Below are positions 33,001-43,081 of a stretch of DNA of 64,000 nucleotides, piece by piece. Made by a program: the position numbers and the translations under genes. Position 1 is the stretch's first letter; each line of letters begins with the position of its first letter. The notes under the pieces are model-generated. The model did not search any database. It was not told the origin of the DNA and saw nothing but the letters and a program-made list of their open reading frames with translations. Origin of the DNA: a virus; the IMG/VR virus record IMGVR_UViG_3300022752_000019, positions 64,001 through 128,000 of that record. One strand, written 5' to 3'.

Positions 33001-34789
33001 CGTCAATCTTGCCTCTGTAAAAGTTCCCGTTTTCGTCCTTCCCAAACTCGATGTCAGTCGTGCCGAAGTCGAAGGCAAACTTGTTTCCTTGCGCACCGAA
33101 GATCTGCCCTTTGAAGGTGGAACCGATCTCCAGGTCTGTGCGGAAGACTTCAAACTCAATGACGTCTCCGGCAGAAACGCCCAGACGCTCGAAGTCCTCA
33201 ATCGAGTCGGACCTGTAGGTGGGGCAAAGCCTCCAGCGAATCCCCTCCCTTCCCGCAGGGGCCGTTGGAGCAGCCAGTGTGATTGCCCAGAGGTTGCCGC
33301 GACCTCCCTCCTCCTCGGAGGACAGCCCTTCCAGAAGCTCGTACGCAGCAACCTGATGTCCGACGCCATCCAAGACCAGCAGTCGATCTTCGAACCCAAA
33401 CCGAAGATCGACTGCGTATTGGACGGCCTCTGGGAAGATCGTGCCCTGGATCTTCGAGGAGGTGACAATCCCCGTGAGGCTTTGATTCAGGGAGGCAATC
33501 TCGAGCACAAGTCCCGCGCGAGAGCCGCTCAGGATTCGGATCCGCGACCCTTGGATTGAGTCCAGGACATGCCTGCCCTCAAGCCGAATCTCGAAGTTGT
33601 TGACCAGCGTGCCCGACCCCTGAAGCGAAGCAGCATCGAACAGCGGAAGGCTTGCCTGAGCCGCGGGGATGTAGACCGTGTCTGTGTAGGCGGATTGCGG
33701 ACTCTTGAAGCTTGCCCGTACTGCGCGGAGGACGCGGTACTTCATGTTCGAGGTCAGAGCAGGAACCCGGTCAACAAGAACAAGACTTGTGCTCGATGTT
33801 ACTTGTGCAATCTCGTAAAAGCCGGCGTTCGCCCCTACGAGGATCTGAAGGTAGTCCCCTTCATTGACGGCACTGAAGTCGGCGGACAGGTCGTAGACCG
33901 TGTCGTAAGACGCAGCCGCGACGAGGGTCACGCCGCTCTCTACCTCCTCTACTCCTCCAAGGGCGACCTCATCAGAGACGATGTACCCAGAGCCGTCTGC
34001 GTTCAGGCGGTTGATGAGGTAAGTGCCGCGGCTGGTCCCGGAGAACAACGTCATTGTCGTGCCGATTGCACGGATCGTTGTCGGTCCTGTGACCAGCACT
34101 TCCTTCGCAGAAAGCACCACAGCCTTCGCTACGAAGGTAACGGAACCCGTGAATGCGCCGGTTCCGCTTTGCATCCCGCCGTAGATGATGTCTGTTGAGG
34201 CGGGGTCGAGAGGAAGCTCTGGCGAGTATTTTAGCCACCGCTTCTGAAAGAGGGGCTGGATCGTTGCGATAGACTTGGCGCGATCGACCTGGACTGCTCG
34301 CAGGAAGTCGGAGGCGACAGCCTGTGTCATTCCTGACCAGACGATCGGGAAGATCTCTCTGTCGTTGACGAGCTTCCAGAAGTCCGACAGCACGTTGAAC
34401 ATGAACGTGCCGTCTACATCGAGACGCCTAACCGCAGGGACAACCGCCGGAGAAAAGAAGACTGACGCCTGTACGGTGTCGCTCCGAACTCCGTCAGCCT
34501 CGACGTACAGCGAGATCGTGTAGGTTCCCGTAATGTCGCCTTCGAGATCTACCGCCTTGTCCGCAGTCTGCGAGAGCGAAAGAGCTGCGGTGCTGTCTAC
34601 GGGCCTCGTTGAAAGTTTCCAGAAGAACGTCAGGTTATCGTACGAACCCTGGACGGTAGATCCAGCGCCGCTGAACTGAAGGCGAGTCCCGATGATGCCC
34701 GTCGCCTCTACGGGAGTGATCTGAGCAACCGGCTTCGCCCTGAAAGGTTCGACATCGAAGCGATGAGTTTCGGTTGCTCTGGTTGGCAT
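30020..34789 (-). CDS. Large baseplate wedge-like protein with N-terminal PKD-like domain
   Basis: FSGAGST...LTFFWKL...GTYTISLYV; VAGLMYAWASGPT; FLRNIRPIYT; repeated GD.L.I..G...G.Y.I modules. Confidence 0.7.
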   Translation of the reverse strand: MPTRATETHRFDVEPFRAKPVAQITPVEATGIIGTRLQFSGAGSTVQGSYDNLTFFWKLSTRPVDSTAALSLSQTADKAVDLEGDITGTYTISLYVEADGVRSDTVQASVFFSPAVVPAVRRLDVDGTFMFNVLSDFWKLVNDREIFPIVWSGMTQAVASDFLRAVQVDRAKSIATIQPLFQKRWLKYSPELPLDPASTDIIYGGMQSGTGAFTGSVTFVAKAVVLSAKEVLVTGPTTIRAIGTTMTLFSGTSRGTYLINRLNADGSGYIVSDEVALGGVEEVESGVTLVAAASYDTVYDLSADFSAVNEGDYLQILVGANAGFYEIAQVTSSTSLVLVDRVPALTSNMKYRVLRAVRASFKSPQSAYTDTVYIPAAQASLPLFDAASLQGSGTLVNNFEIRLEGRHVLDSIQGSRIRILSGSRAGLVLEIASLNQSLTGIVTSSKIQGTIFPEAVQYAVDLRFGFEDRLLVLDGVGHQVAAYELLEGLSSEEEGGRGNLWAITLAAPTAPAGREGIRWRLCPTYRSDSIEDFERLGVSAGDVIEFEVFRTDLEIGSTFKGQIFGAQGNKFAFDFGTTDIEFGKDENGNFYRGKIDAADLERLAVEMSIPTVTISESGEALLTSSALDIYELMHSTEFKNSWRNLPLDPSTNIALPGYFQFRVVPKRILRNSRIPLDPDNTLEHPVYSIPALFEYISTEQVETQADGTAVMTHKDETTSALKRSPVKLSENNDFSLTDTEVRGAALTTRARSSVIQIADYALAFHGVRPGDELEIKSGLSQGSYVITSVVSDTEIRVSPRIADGSLPVASQPSLEYVIRRRGTGRFVEFASRFSPSSPAPAHLWAPLTLLDNFKYIEDNFGVLVGVRKADLDAYGTTQITFRSAVAGLMYAWASGPTLRSAEIGSHILLDLPVTEKPSEIVTIDAEYTESYGRVVTEELDNEGLGTGIFNVFRYPRSDLYSLEKFKGLGINPLTGSTFAEGDFLPPFTPLTNSVIITDNVISPNWWREYSDVAGEVELQKYHTWQVEVDVRAVDSRDLPLATQFLRNIRPIYTKPIVVAVLSLLDTVTVDAALSLEMDAYFLDDPAFSRESSHAFDDFNGSGVALRRVDYGSGVALRRVDYGSRSTRTLFQGDDLAMSAGSGIVTSARGGFSGVLTELDSLNSVFSGSVPVHGLNLVRPGDRLLVLTGANYGLFDIQSVDSATQLTLVKHAEEAPRAIEIAAISADTNVKFQILRDSGHVIATGSSFLIDDTVGDDYVDLSNYVFVDGSASFRSDGVAQGDRLIIESGDSRGVYLIEDLGTYNWTSGVFDNTETKLTLASQIPSSTEGAPYRIERWALLENPIYDGPAVGGTDFVEVVDADLLPIDKGDRIYDQDGVYFRVVGVSGNRVYVDRPASSVTSIEIHKEMFEDLDGDSDGRLERLTGYDTVELDIYRPLDQLESWSVELTLNSAFATVLGVPTEVPQTDDTLVVTGPLGALALGAFGILEADGDLLTLDALSPSTETVSAVLCRPASAFTLDGSDEVVCADDVQALGVRPGDFFEYTDEDGTVTRLIIGVTGTTITLADTVGSGEVSGRIYRREIPNQGRLT
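31425..31492. repeat. Perfect 33-bp in-frame tandem duplication (SGVALRRVDYG x2)
   Basis: CCATAGTCCACGCGCCGCAGGGCAACGCCGCTC at 31425 and 31458. Confidence 0.95.
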
Positions 34790-37095
34790 CAGTCAGTGTC
34801 CGTGAAGTCGATGAACACGTTGGCTCTTGCGCCGTAGATCTTGGACTCTAACACCGACCGAGTCGGCGCGAGTGTGACGGCGTAATCGTAACCAGAACCG
34901 ACTCCGACCGCCGCGCTGCGCAAGTTCACGTCCATGCGATTGTATACCGATCCGTACTTCAATGTCGGGATGGATCCAACCGCCACGGTTGTAGACGCAA
35001 GGCGGTCATCTACGTCCGCCTTGCCCACCGCGTCTTTGTCGAGCCACGAAATGTCGATGCTGGGCTCTTCCTCAAAGTCAACGAATACGCGAATCCCCTT
35101 GCCAGGCAGATACGTCACAAGGAAGAAGTGCTCAACAGACAGATCGATGGGCGACGAAATCAGTCTGCCGAACTCTGACTCTGGGTTCAGTACCTCGAGG
35201 TAGTCCTGGGCATCCTGGCACATGAACATGAACGTCTCAGACCCGTCCTCAGTAGTTACAAACTGAAGCTGAAGAAAGCGATCGTTTCCGACGTCGATGC
35301 TCAGCAGTGCAGGGCTTGGGATGCGAACAGGATTGATCTGCTCGAACTGGTCGGTGATGTCCAAGACCTGCGCCTGAACAAGCACTGCGATGCCGGTCTC
35401 TCCTGGCTCATAGTCCTGCGGATCGTAGGAGCGCGAGTAGAGGCAGAACGACGCAGGCTCCGGTCTGATTTCCAGGAGACCATCGACGACCGCTGCTGAG
35501 CCGCCATCCGATGACCACCCGGGCGGTGAGCTGAAGTCCCCGTCTTTTGCAAAGTCCGCAACTGGCATGAATACGAAGTTCTCAAGAACAAAGAATCCTT
35601 CGTAGTCACTTCCAAGCAGTCCGTGGTCCAGCGCACCAATCTCGAACCGAGCAAGGGTCTCTACGTCCGCGAGCGTGCTTAGTGCTGTCGACGTGAATGA
35701 GTTCCCATAGCGAAGGGCCGCGACGCTATCCGCGACGCTGGCATGTACCGCAGTGCCATCAAAGGCCACAAGCACGCACGCGGCAGAGTCGCGCCAATCA
35801 AAATCAACTGACTCAAAGTTCTCAAGAAGAAGCTGATTGTCGTTGCCCAACGTGTTGACGTAGAGCCCAAAGGTACGCACTCCCTCTCGCGCGAAGGACG
35901 TACCTTCGTTGAGGAAGCGAAACTTGAGGAGGTCGGTGCCGTTGCTGATGTTGAATCCCATCCCGCTGTTGTACGACCCGGGGTGCGACTCCTGATCTGG
36001 ACGCCCGCGAAAGAACACCAACCACTTCGACGTCTCCAGCTGCGGCTCTTCAGTACGTAGCCGCGAGTTTTCCGTTGTAGAGGTCTGGAGGACCAAGAGG
36101 TCAGTGTCGGTAAGCCAGGTAAGTTCGTCCCTCTTCATCCGAAGAACGTCTTCCTTGCGTGCAGCAACAAGGCAGCCAGATGCTTCCGCCGTACCAGTCT
36201 GGGCGTACTCGACAGCCCCAGAAGCGACGAGCGTCTCCCCGTGCTCCTTGAGCAGCAGATAGTGAAGATGGACCTCTCCCGCGCGCTCCTGATCAATGCC
36301 AATCAGTGCGCTACACCCGGCGGCAGGGTTTGCAGATTCGATGGACCCAATCCTTGCCGTTGGGATGAACGTCCCAAGACTCGAGATGGGCTCGTCAAAG
36401 ATCCTCTCCTCCTGATTGGTTGCCCGGTCTGTCACCACAATGACAACGCGGCCTAAGTAGCCAGACGCCTCAAAGAGGATGCCGAAGGAGTGGGTATCAA
36501 CTGACCAGTCGATGTCGTAAGTCTGGTCTACTGCTCGGTTTCCATCGGCATCCGCAGGGCCGGTGATCCTAACGTACTTCGTCCCGGAGTTCTCCCCGCA
36601 GAATAGGAACACGCCGGTGCTTCTCTGCCAGTGGATGAATCCAAAAAGCACTCCTTGGAAGTTAGTATCGTCGAGGTACGCAGATGGCCCGGCGGCGGGT
36701 ACGGTAGGCACTGCGAAACGGATTTCGCACCCCACTGGGGCGCTGGCCGTAACCTCGCCGTGCAGAAACAAGGTGTTTGAGGACTTCGAAGTGGTCGGGC
36801 TCTCGATGGCGAGCACAGGCTCTACGCTTGAAGTAGCCGTGAACTCCAGGTTCGCGCGCGCAGAGGTCGAGGTGACTGGCAGTGAGTCACTGAACACGTC
36901 GAACACGAACGGATACGCCAGCGGAAGTTCATCCGCCGTCGTTGCGTCGAACTCCAGACGGGAAAACGTCACGAATGCGTTGACCGTATCTGGATCGACC
37001 CGGTGATCGTTGTCCCTGACCCCGAAGTAGATAGGAGATGAGGGTGAAAATAGAGAGTCACCCTCCGCTGGAGTCAGGTTCACGGTCTTAGGCAT
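34789..37095 (-). CDS. Virion structural protein, beta-sandwich rich
   Basis: Coupled within the baseplate operon. Confidence 0.65.
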   Translation of the reverse strand: MPKTVNLTPAEGDSLFSPSSPIYFGVRDNDHRVDPDTVNAFVTFSRLEFDATTADELPLAYPFVFDVFSDSLPVTSTSARANLEFTATSSVEPVLAIESPTTSKSSNTLFLHGEVTASAPVGCEIRFAVPTVPAAGPSAYLDDTNFQGVLFGFIHWQRSTGVFLFCGENSGTKYVRITGPADADGNRAVDQTYDIDWSVDTHSFGILFEASGYLGRVVIVVTDRATNQEERIFDEPISSLGTFIPTARIGSIESANPAAGCSALIGIDQERAGEVHLHYLLLKEHGETLVASGAVEYAQTGTAEASGCLVAARKEDVLRMKRDELTWLTDTDLLVLQTSTTENSRLRTEEPQLETSKWLVFFRGRPDQESHPGSYNSGMGFNISNGTDLLKFRFLNEGTSFAREGVRTFGLYVNTLGNDNQLLLENFESVDFDWRDSAACVLVAFDGTAVHASVADSVAALRYGNSFTSTALSTLADVETLARFEIGALDHGLLGSDYEGFFVLENFVFMPVADFAKDGDFSSPPGWSSDGGSAAVVDGLLEIRPEPASFCLYSRSYDPQDYEPGETGIAVLVQAQVLDITDQFEQINPVRIPSPALLSIDVGNDRFLQLQFVTTEDGSETFMFMCQDAQDYLEVLNPESEFGRLISSPIDLSVEHFFLVTYLPGKGIRVFVDFEEEPSIDISWLDKDAVGKADVDDRLASTTVAVGSIPTLKYGSVYNRMDVNLRSAAVGVGSGYDYAVTLAPTRSVLESKIYGARANVFIDFTDTD

Positions 37096-40000
37096 TGGCA
37101 GACCTCGCGCGGATCAAGATGCGCTCCTGTCCCGTGCCGGGCTCTACTGTGACGGGGGCGCCCGGAATGTAGAAGGTCGTCCTGTGCGTTCCGTTGAACG
37201 TCCCCTCTTCCAGCCCGATTGCGTCAGTCGAGCGTGTCAGAACTCGGCGCCGATCGAGGTCGTGCGTGATGATCTGAAGGATGATGGGATGCCGATACGA
37301 CGTCACGTTGTTCGAGTGAAGGAACTTCTCGATCTTCGAGACATCCAACACCTCGTCTGGCTCGAGGCTGTTGATGTAGTTGGCAATCTCGGCTGCCATC
37401 TTCGTCCGGTTGCCCCCACTCGCCTCAATGTCCAAGTAGACGAACGAGGGCAGGAAGTGCCGTGCCAGCGGATCGGCGCACAAGATTCGGTTCAGATTGG
37501 ACGTCAGCAACGCCTGGATCTGCCCAACCTCCGCTGAGTACTCGTGGCGAACAGTGAAGACCGCACCATTGAGGACGACTCTGTTCTCCGCGACGTCATT
37601 CAGATCACTCGGGAGGAAGGATGCCGAGAAGTAGATCTTGCACTGTTCCGCTGCACTGTAGGTGTAGAAAGGATCGATGACCTCCATTCGGTAGCCATCG
37701 GAGTCGTAGGTGCCAAAGACCGGAGTAAGGTGGGCATCCTTCGGGATGTTGTAGACCGGCCTCCCGCCGAGGGAGTGTGCCCGGACATCCATGTAGAACA
37801 GCCCGCTTTCCGTGCCCTGTGTCCTCATGGTGGAGGAAGGCATGTGAACTGTGTGCGGGCGGACGATCTCGTACGGCTGCTTGACGCCACGCACGGGACC
37901 GTTGACCTCAAGCTCGCGCTGGCGCGCATACCCGACGTCAATGCTTCCGCCCTGGTAGATTGCGCGAACAGTTGAGGTCAGCCTGTCCGTCGACGGGTGA
38001 ACAGTGGCGATTCTCCACACGGAAGGTACTCCGCTGTAGATTCGAACCGGCCGAACTCCAAGAAGCTCCGTCGTACCTCCGATGCCGGAGTTATCAAGGT
38101 CGTCTACTGGAGCCTTGACCACGCTCCAATGAACTCCGGTCTCATCGGACGCAAAGTTGTCTCGATCCAGCGTTACCGTGCTCCCATCGGGAGACACCGC
38201 GGTGATCTGATAGCTGCCGTCTACCTCCTCAAAGTTAGACAGGTAGATGGTCAAATACCGGCCTACGTCCTGAGAACTAAACGGGTTGTTTAGGTCTACG
38301 AGGCCCGGCGAGCCCGCCTCTACAGAGCCCTCGTTTCCACTCTTGTAGATTTGAGCGGTAGACGCCGGCATCGGGCGGTCGACATTGACGTAGTCGTCCC
38401 CCACTTCCGTGATTCGGTAGCCTCCTGCGCCGTCTCCCTCCTCGATGAAGAGGTAATCACCCGGACGCACAACATCCTGGTCATTTTCCGAACTCGGAGA
38501 GAGGAACGTAAACTCGCGTGACCCGTAGTTTAGACGGGGAATCCGAAGCGTAGAAGAGTTGGCCTGTGTCGTGACTACTGCAACGCGGTCGGTTTCCTTT
38601 TCTCCACTCGAGCCTGTCAGAGTCAATAGAGTGCGCTGTTCATAGATGTGCAGGAAGTCCGAACCTGGCTGGACCCCGGCAGCCAGGAAGGACGACAAGA
38701 GCGCATCAGAGGGAGTCACGTCGAACGCGTCAACGCCCGCCGTGTGCTCACTCAGCGTAATGTCCCGAGGAAGCTCTGTCGGTGGCGTCCTTCCAGTGCG
38801 AGTTGCACCTGGGAAGACCTGTCTTGGCGGCTCAGTGCCCGCTGCGACGAACAACAGCTCCTCCGCTCCCGCAGGAACCGAGAACAGGGTCGGTGCATGC
38901 GGATGGTACACGCCCCGCGTAAGCTCGTCGTTCTCAGTCCACTGGTAATCCACACACGAGCTTGGCCCGTAAACCGTAACAGAGGTTGGCTCGGTGAAGT
39001 AGAGACGGACAATCTGTTCGGCGGTCGGCCTTGCGACAACATAGTTGTCAAAGAAGCCATCGACAATTTTCTTGAGCACCGACCCCGGGTTCACGATGAA
39101 CTCAGAGGGCATGTCGTAGCCAGCCGAGGCGAGAGTCTGGAACAGCCAGGTAAAGGACTCCTGCACCAGTTCCCACGGGTTGACTGCATCCCCTGCGCGC
39201 GGTCCAGTCGCAATCGAGGCCGTGACGTTGAAAGATGGCGGGTAGAGCGAGAGCGCGGGTGCCGTGCGGGGAACAAACCCGGACAGTCCCTCGTAGGGAT
39301 TGACTGGGAACTCGTTTTTGATCTTCACGATCGCAAACGTGTAGGCAAGGCGATCGTCGAGGTAGTCTTCGGAGCCACCGGAGACGATACACCCTCCGTG
39401 GTACACCTTGTATGTGTAGACCTTGTCGATGACGTAAGAGCCGGCGTTGGCCCCCTCGTCAATCGTGAGAATGTCCCCAGGCTTGGCGCGAGACAGCGCG
39501 GCTGGCGTATTGGGGAGATTACCGTTGTTGTAGAGGCTCATCGCCTCCTCGAACGTCACCTCGTTTGAGAAGATCGCCTTCCAGTCGATTTCCGGGGCTG
39601 CGATGAAGATGTTGTTGCAGCCATCGAACAGTGCCTTTGGAATCAGCACTTCGTACTGAGCAAGGATCGTCCATCCCGAGAAGTGATCATCGAGGTCCTT
39701 CATGGTGAAGGGGGCAAACAAGTCAAAGAACGCGCGGAAGTCGTCCCCCAGCGAAAAGGAGGTCGTAAGCTCTACGAGCCATCCTCGAATGGTATCGAGG
39801 AAGCCCTGCACCGCACTGGGCAGCGCGATGCTTAGGTTGGTCTGCACGGAGTGACCAGTGGTCACGGCCGGGTCAGACAGGAGTGTCATTACCGCCACGT
39901 AGTCATCGTCCGTGGGCAGACACTCGTCGGTGTAGCAGGTGCCTGGCCTGCCCGAGTACTGAGTGATGGACACCAGGTCTGCTGCCTTGATGGTGCCATC

Positions 40001-42436
40001 CGGAGAGCGAGAGCCCGTCCCACTCTTTGCGCCGGTCACTGAGTCAACGTCGTATGCACGCAGCCGCACATGCTCTGTTGGTGCCCACTCGAACCCTGCG
40101 TCCGGGAACACGAAGCCATTCATCCCGCGCTGAGTCTCACGAGCCCCTGAGAAGCCGTCAACTGCGCGCGCGCCAACCGGAAGTGACGGAGGTACGGAAT
40201 AGCCAGTGGACTGCCCCGAGGCGGTCTGGACAACCATTCCTCCGGGCGCGACTCGTACCAGCGGCCGACTGAGGCCTGTTCCTGCTGCGTAGACTCGGAA
40301 GGAGACATTCGAATCTGTCGCAGGCAGCGCCGTCTCTAAGACAGGGCCCCTGCCGCCGAGCGTAGAGTCAAAGCCAGCAATCCGATATTCTCCGACGTTA
40401 GGGCCATCGAGAATCTCAAGAACGCTACCGACGGACGCGCCGTAGCTAATGAGGTCCACATCTGTTCGAACTGTAGACGTGCCAATGACGGTCCGTAGAT
40501 CCGAAGCAGTAGCACCAGCAAAAGGATAGATGGGAGCCTTTGGAGCAAACGCATCGAGCACGACCTCGTTGATGATGCGGAACCGATAGTCTCCCCCAAG
40601 CACCGTCATCGCGGTGTCCAGGACAAGCTCGGGCCCTCGCACGTCCATGATCTTGTAGGAACCGACATCTGGACCGTTGACCACACTGAGGGTCATGCCC
40701 CGCTGGATGCCGTAGTCCTCCCAGCGTGTCTGCTCGACGCCTACAATAGTGGCAGTTGCTCCCGAAGTGAGCCCGATGACATACCCCGGGGCCGCCCACT
40801 CGTTGTCTGAGGTGAGGGCCACGAGGTCAATGTAGTTCTCCGTGCTGGAGATCTGAACTGCATACGAAAGACCGCCGGTGTCGAGCTCTGGCGTGCTTCC
40901 ATCCGAAGAGAAGTGGATCACTTCTCCCAGCGCAAACAGCCCCACGACGCTTGCCAGCCGCAGCCGCAGTCGTGCGTGAACTTTGTTTGCGGAGGCTTGG
41001 TAGTCACGCAGCTCGCTTACGATTTCTGCATCTGAAACCGTGAAAAGGTCAGTGCCTTCATAGACGCTGACCTCTCCCGAGGCGGCCCCAAAGTTGGCGA
41101 CCGCAATCGAGGTCCGCGAGGGGCGTACATACACGTCGTAATGGCCGCCAATGTGGACCTGATCGTCACGAAGGACGATCTCATCACCCTCATCGGGATT
41201 GGTGATCCCACCAGGGATGCCGGAGATACGAATCTCCGCACGATCGTAAGCAGCCGCAAAGACCCCAGGAAGTAACCCTGGGATCAGAGAGCCGGGAGGC
41301 GCTTCAACATCGGGGGACTGATTGAGTCGCAGCAAGTAGACCGTCGGGATGCCCTCGAGGTCCTCTGAGCTTTCGTAGAGGACCTCCTCCACGACAAACC
41401 GCTGGTTCTCCCGAACCGCGCCGTATAGGAACTTCCAGAAGTTCAGGTCGATCTGACCCCCTGCACGGATTCTTCTACGACCGTCCCTGCCCTTGTTCTC
41501 GAACATCGAGAGGAGGATCATGTAGCGGCCGAGGATCAGGCTCATGCCAGAGCAGATGACATCTCCGCCTCCGGCACCCGTGATCTTGTCGCGCTGCATT
41601 TCGGCGTCGCCAAAACCCACGACCTCGAGGTTCCGAACGTTTGGGAACTCCGAGAAGATCCGGGCCCGAATACCCCTGCGCGTGTTTAGGCTGCGCTCGG
41701 TGAGTGCGGTCTGGGTACGTGCCAGCAGTTCGGTGGCCGACTCATCGTCACCGCCGCCTCCGAACTCGAACTGATTCGTGACGCGCACGGCCGCTTCGAT
41801 GCCGGCAACTGTGTTGACGGCCCCGGCCGGCACGTTGTACGCAGCTCCGGGTGACTCGGCGATGACCGCGATGTCCACGTAGTACAGGTGACCGCTGCGC
41901 TGCGCTGCCACAATTTCCGGTCTGAAAAATTGAGGCACCGTAGGGAAGAAGCCAAGTCCTCCCGCGCTGAAACGGGTTCCTACCAGAACTGAAACAAAGG
42001 TCGGGTTGCCGAAGAAGATGCGGACCGTCCCTGTCGCCCGGGAACCAGCGTTACGGGACACGAAGAAGTTTGCGGCCAGGTCTTCGGCGTCTTGGATGCG
42101 CATCTGAGATGCGTTTCTCGTGGACTGCCCAGTTCTGATGATCTGAATCTCGCGCTTGAACCCCTCCAGTAGAAGCTGAAGCGGGCGGATGACGATGTCG
42201 ACAATCGCGTCTCCGTCCTGCACCGACAGGGTCGGGAACTCCTGCTTTAGTCGCGTCTTGAGAAACTCCTCGATGTCCGTATCGAAGGGATCCACTGACA
42301 AGGCACGGAACACAGGCGCGACAACCTGCTCATACAGAGAACTTCCCTGTGCGAGGTCAAATGTCGGATCGAACGCCTCGAGCCTCTCGACAAGAAGATC
42401 TCGAATCTGAGCGGCCTGAGAGGTCGTGTTTGCCAT
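37088..42436 (-). CDS. Baseplate J-like (gp6-like) protein with very large insertion
   Basis: LAANFFVSRNAGSRATGTVRIFF, PGAAYNVPAG, VTNQFEFGGGGDDES..ELLAR; C-terminal IANYINSLEP..VLDVSKI. Confidence 0.85.
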   Translation of the reverse strand: MANTTSQAAQIRDLLVERLEAFDPTFDLAQGSSLYEQVVAPVFRALSVDPFDTDIEEFLKTRLKQEFPTLSVQDGDAIVDIVIRPLQLLLEGFKREIQIIRTGQSTRNASQMRIQDAEDLAANFFVSRNAGSRATGTVRIFFGNPTFVSVLVGTRFSAGGLGFFPTVPQFFRPEIVAAQRSGHLYYVDIAVIAESPGAAYNVPAGAVNTVAGIEAAVRVTNQFEFGGGGDDESATELLARTQTALTERSLNTRRGIRARIFSEFPNVRNLEVVGFGDAEMQRDKITGAGGGDVICSGMSLILGRYMILLSMFENKGRDGRRRIRAGGQIDLNFWKFLYGAVRENQRFVVEEVLYESSEDLEGIPTVYLLRLNQSPDVEAPPGSLIPGLLPGVFAAAYDRAEIRISGIPGGITNPDEGDEIVLRDDQVHIGGHYDVYVRPSRTSIAVANFGAASGEVSVYEGTDLFTVSDAEIVSELRDYQASANKVHARLRLRLASVVGLFALGEVIHFSSDGSTPELDTGGLSYAVQISSTENYIDLVALTSDNEWAAPGYVIGLTSGATATIVGVEQTRWEDYGIQRGMTLSVVNGPDVGSYKIMDVRGPELVLDTAMTVLGGDYRFRIINEVVLDAFAPKAPIYPFAGATASDLRTVIGTSTVRTDVDLISYGASVGSVLEILDGPNVGEYRIAGFDSTLGGRGPVLETALPATDSNVSFRVYAAGTGLSRPLVRVAPGGMVVQTASGQSTGYSVPPSLPVGARAVDGFSGARETQRGMNGFVFPDAGFEWAPTEHVRLRAYDVDSVTGAKSGTGSRSPDGTIKAADLVSITQYSGRPGTCYTDECLPTDDDYVAVMTLLSDPAVTTGHSVQTNLSIALPSAVQGFLDTIRGWLVELTTSFSLGDDFRAFFDLFAPFTMKDLDDHFSGWTILAQYEVLIPKALFDGCNNIFIAAPEIDWKAIFSNEVTFEEAMSLYNNGNLPNTPAALSRAKPGDILTIDEGANAGSYVIDKVYTYKVYHGGCIVSGGSEDYLDDRLAYTFAIVKIKNEFPVNPYEGLSGFVPRTAPALSLYPPSFNVTASIATGPRAGDAVNPWELVQESFTWLFQTLASAGYDMPSEFIVNPGSVLKKIVDGFFDNYVVARPTAEQIVRLYFTEPTSVTVYGPSSCVDYQWTENDELTRGVYHPHAPTLFSVPAGAEELLFVAAGTEPPRQVFPGATRTGRTPPTELPRDITLSEHTAGVDAFDVTPSDALLSSFLAAGVQPGSDFLHIYEQRTLLTLTGSSGEKETDRVAVVTTQANSSTLRIPRLNYGSREFTFLSPSSENDQDVVRPGDYLFIEEGDGAGGYRITEVGDDYVNVDRPMPASTAQIYKSGNEGSVEAGSPGLVDLNNPFSSQDVGRYLTIYLSNFEEVDGSYQITAVSPDGSTVTLDRDNFASDETGVHWSVVKAPVDDLDNSGIGGTTELLGVRPVRIYSGVPSVWRIATVHPSTDRLTSTVRAIYQGGSIDVGYARQRELEVNGPVRGVKQPYEIVRPHTVHMPSSTMRTQGTESGLFYMDVRAHSLGGRPVYNIPKDAHLTPVFGTYDSDGYRMEVIDPFYTYSAAEQCKIYFSASFLPSDLNDVAENRVVLNGAVFTVRHEYSAEVGQIQALLTSNLNRILCADPLARHFLPSFVYLDIEASGGNRTKMAAEIANYINSLEPDEVLDVSKIEKFLHSNNVTSYRHPIILQIITHDLDRRRVLTRSTDAIGLEEGTFNGTHRTTFYIPGAPVTVEPGTGQERILIRARSANA

Positions 42437-42445
42437 TTTTTGATC

Positions 42446-43081
42446 CTACAAGGATACGCCGGCTACGACGCTTGTTCCTTCGGCAGAGATAATCCGCAGT
42501 CTAACATCTAACGAGGTATCGCTCGGCGTGTAGTTAACGGACAGAATCTCAACGCCTGAAAGTCTCTGAGAAGGAGGGGACGCGTCCCCAGGCTGAGCCA
42601 TCATTAGGTCTCTTACGCCGGCCTCGATTCGCAAGGAGACAAGCGCGTGAGCGGCCGACGGATCTACGGGGACAGGCCCAATCAGAGAAAGAAGCCCCCC
42701 TCCGGCGGTAGGCCGAAAGATATCAGACCCCGGCGTGGTTAGCAGCGCCTTCAGAACTCGCTGAACCAAGTAAGTAGCTTCAGTGACCTGCGGAGACGGG
42801 ACAGCCGCCTCAAACGACACAACAGTGTTCTCACTGTTCTGGGTCGTAGAACGCAAGACGCTAACAGTCCTGATGGGTACACCGATCTGCGACGGAGGCA
42901 CGTCGGCGAGGAGCCGGGTATCGCTCATCACGACGAAGGTCGGAGACCGATAGCCGTTGATGAGGATCGCGGAGGCCCCTGTGAAGTCCCGTCCCCTGAT
43001 GTCCAGAGATCCTCCTCCTGAGAAGAGGGCGAGGTCGGAAACCTTGGCTACGTGCTGAAAGGCGAGGATTGGGAAGTCCAT
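42446..43081 (-). CDS. Baseplate gp25/gpW-like protein with N-terminal IPT/TIG-like domain
   Basis: LDIRGRDF...VVMSDTRLLADVP; LVQRVLKALLTTPGSDIFRPTAGGGL; directly upstream of the J-like gene. Confidence 0.75.
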   Translation of the reverse strand: MDFPILAFQHVAKVSDLALFSGGGSLDIRGRDFTGASAILINGYRSPTFVVMSDTRLLADVPPSQIGVPIRTVSVLRSTTQNSENTVVSFEAAVPSPQVTEATYLVQRVLKALLTTPGSDIFRPTAGGGLLSLIGPVPVDPSAAHALVSLRIEAGVRDLMMAQPGDASPPSQRLSGVEILSVNYTPSDTSLDVRLRIISAEGTSVVAGVSL

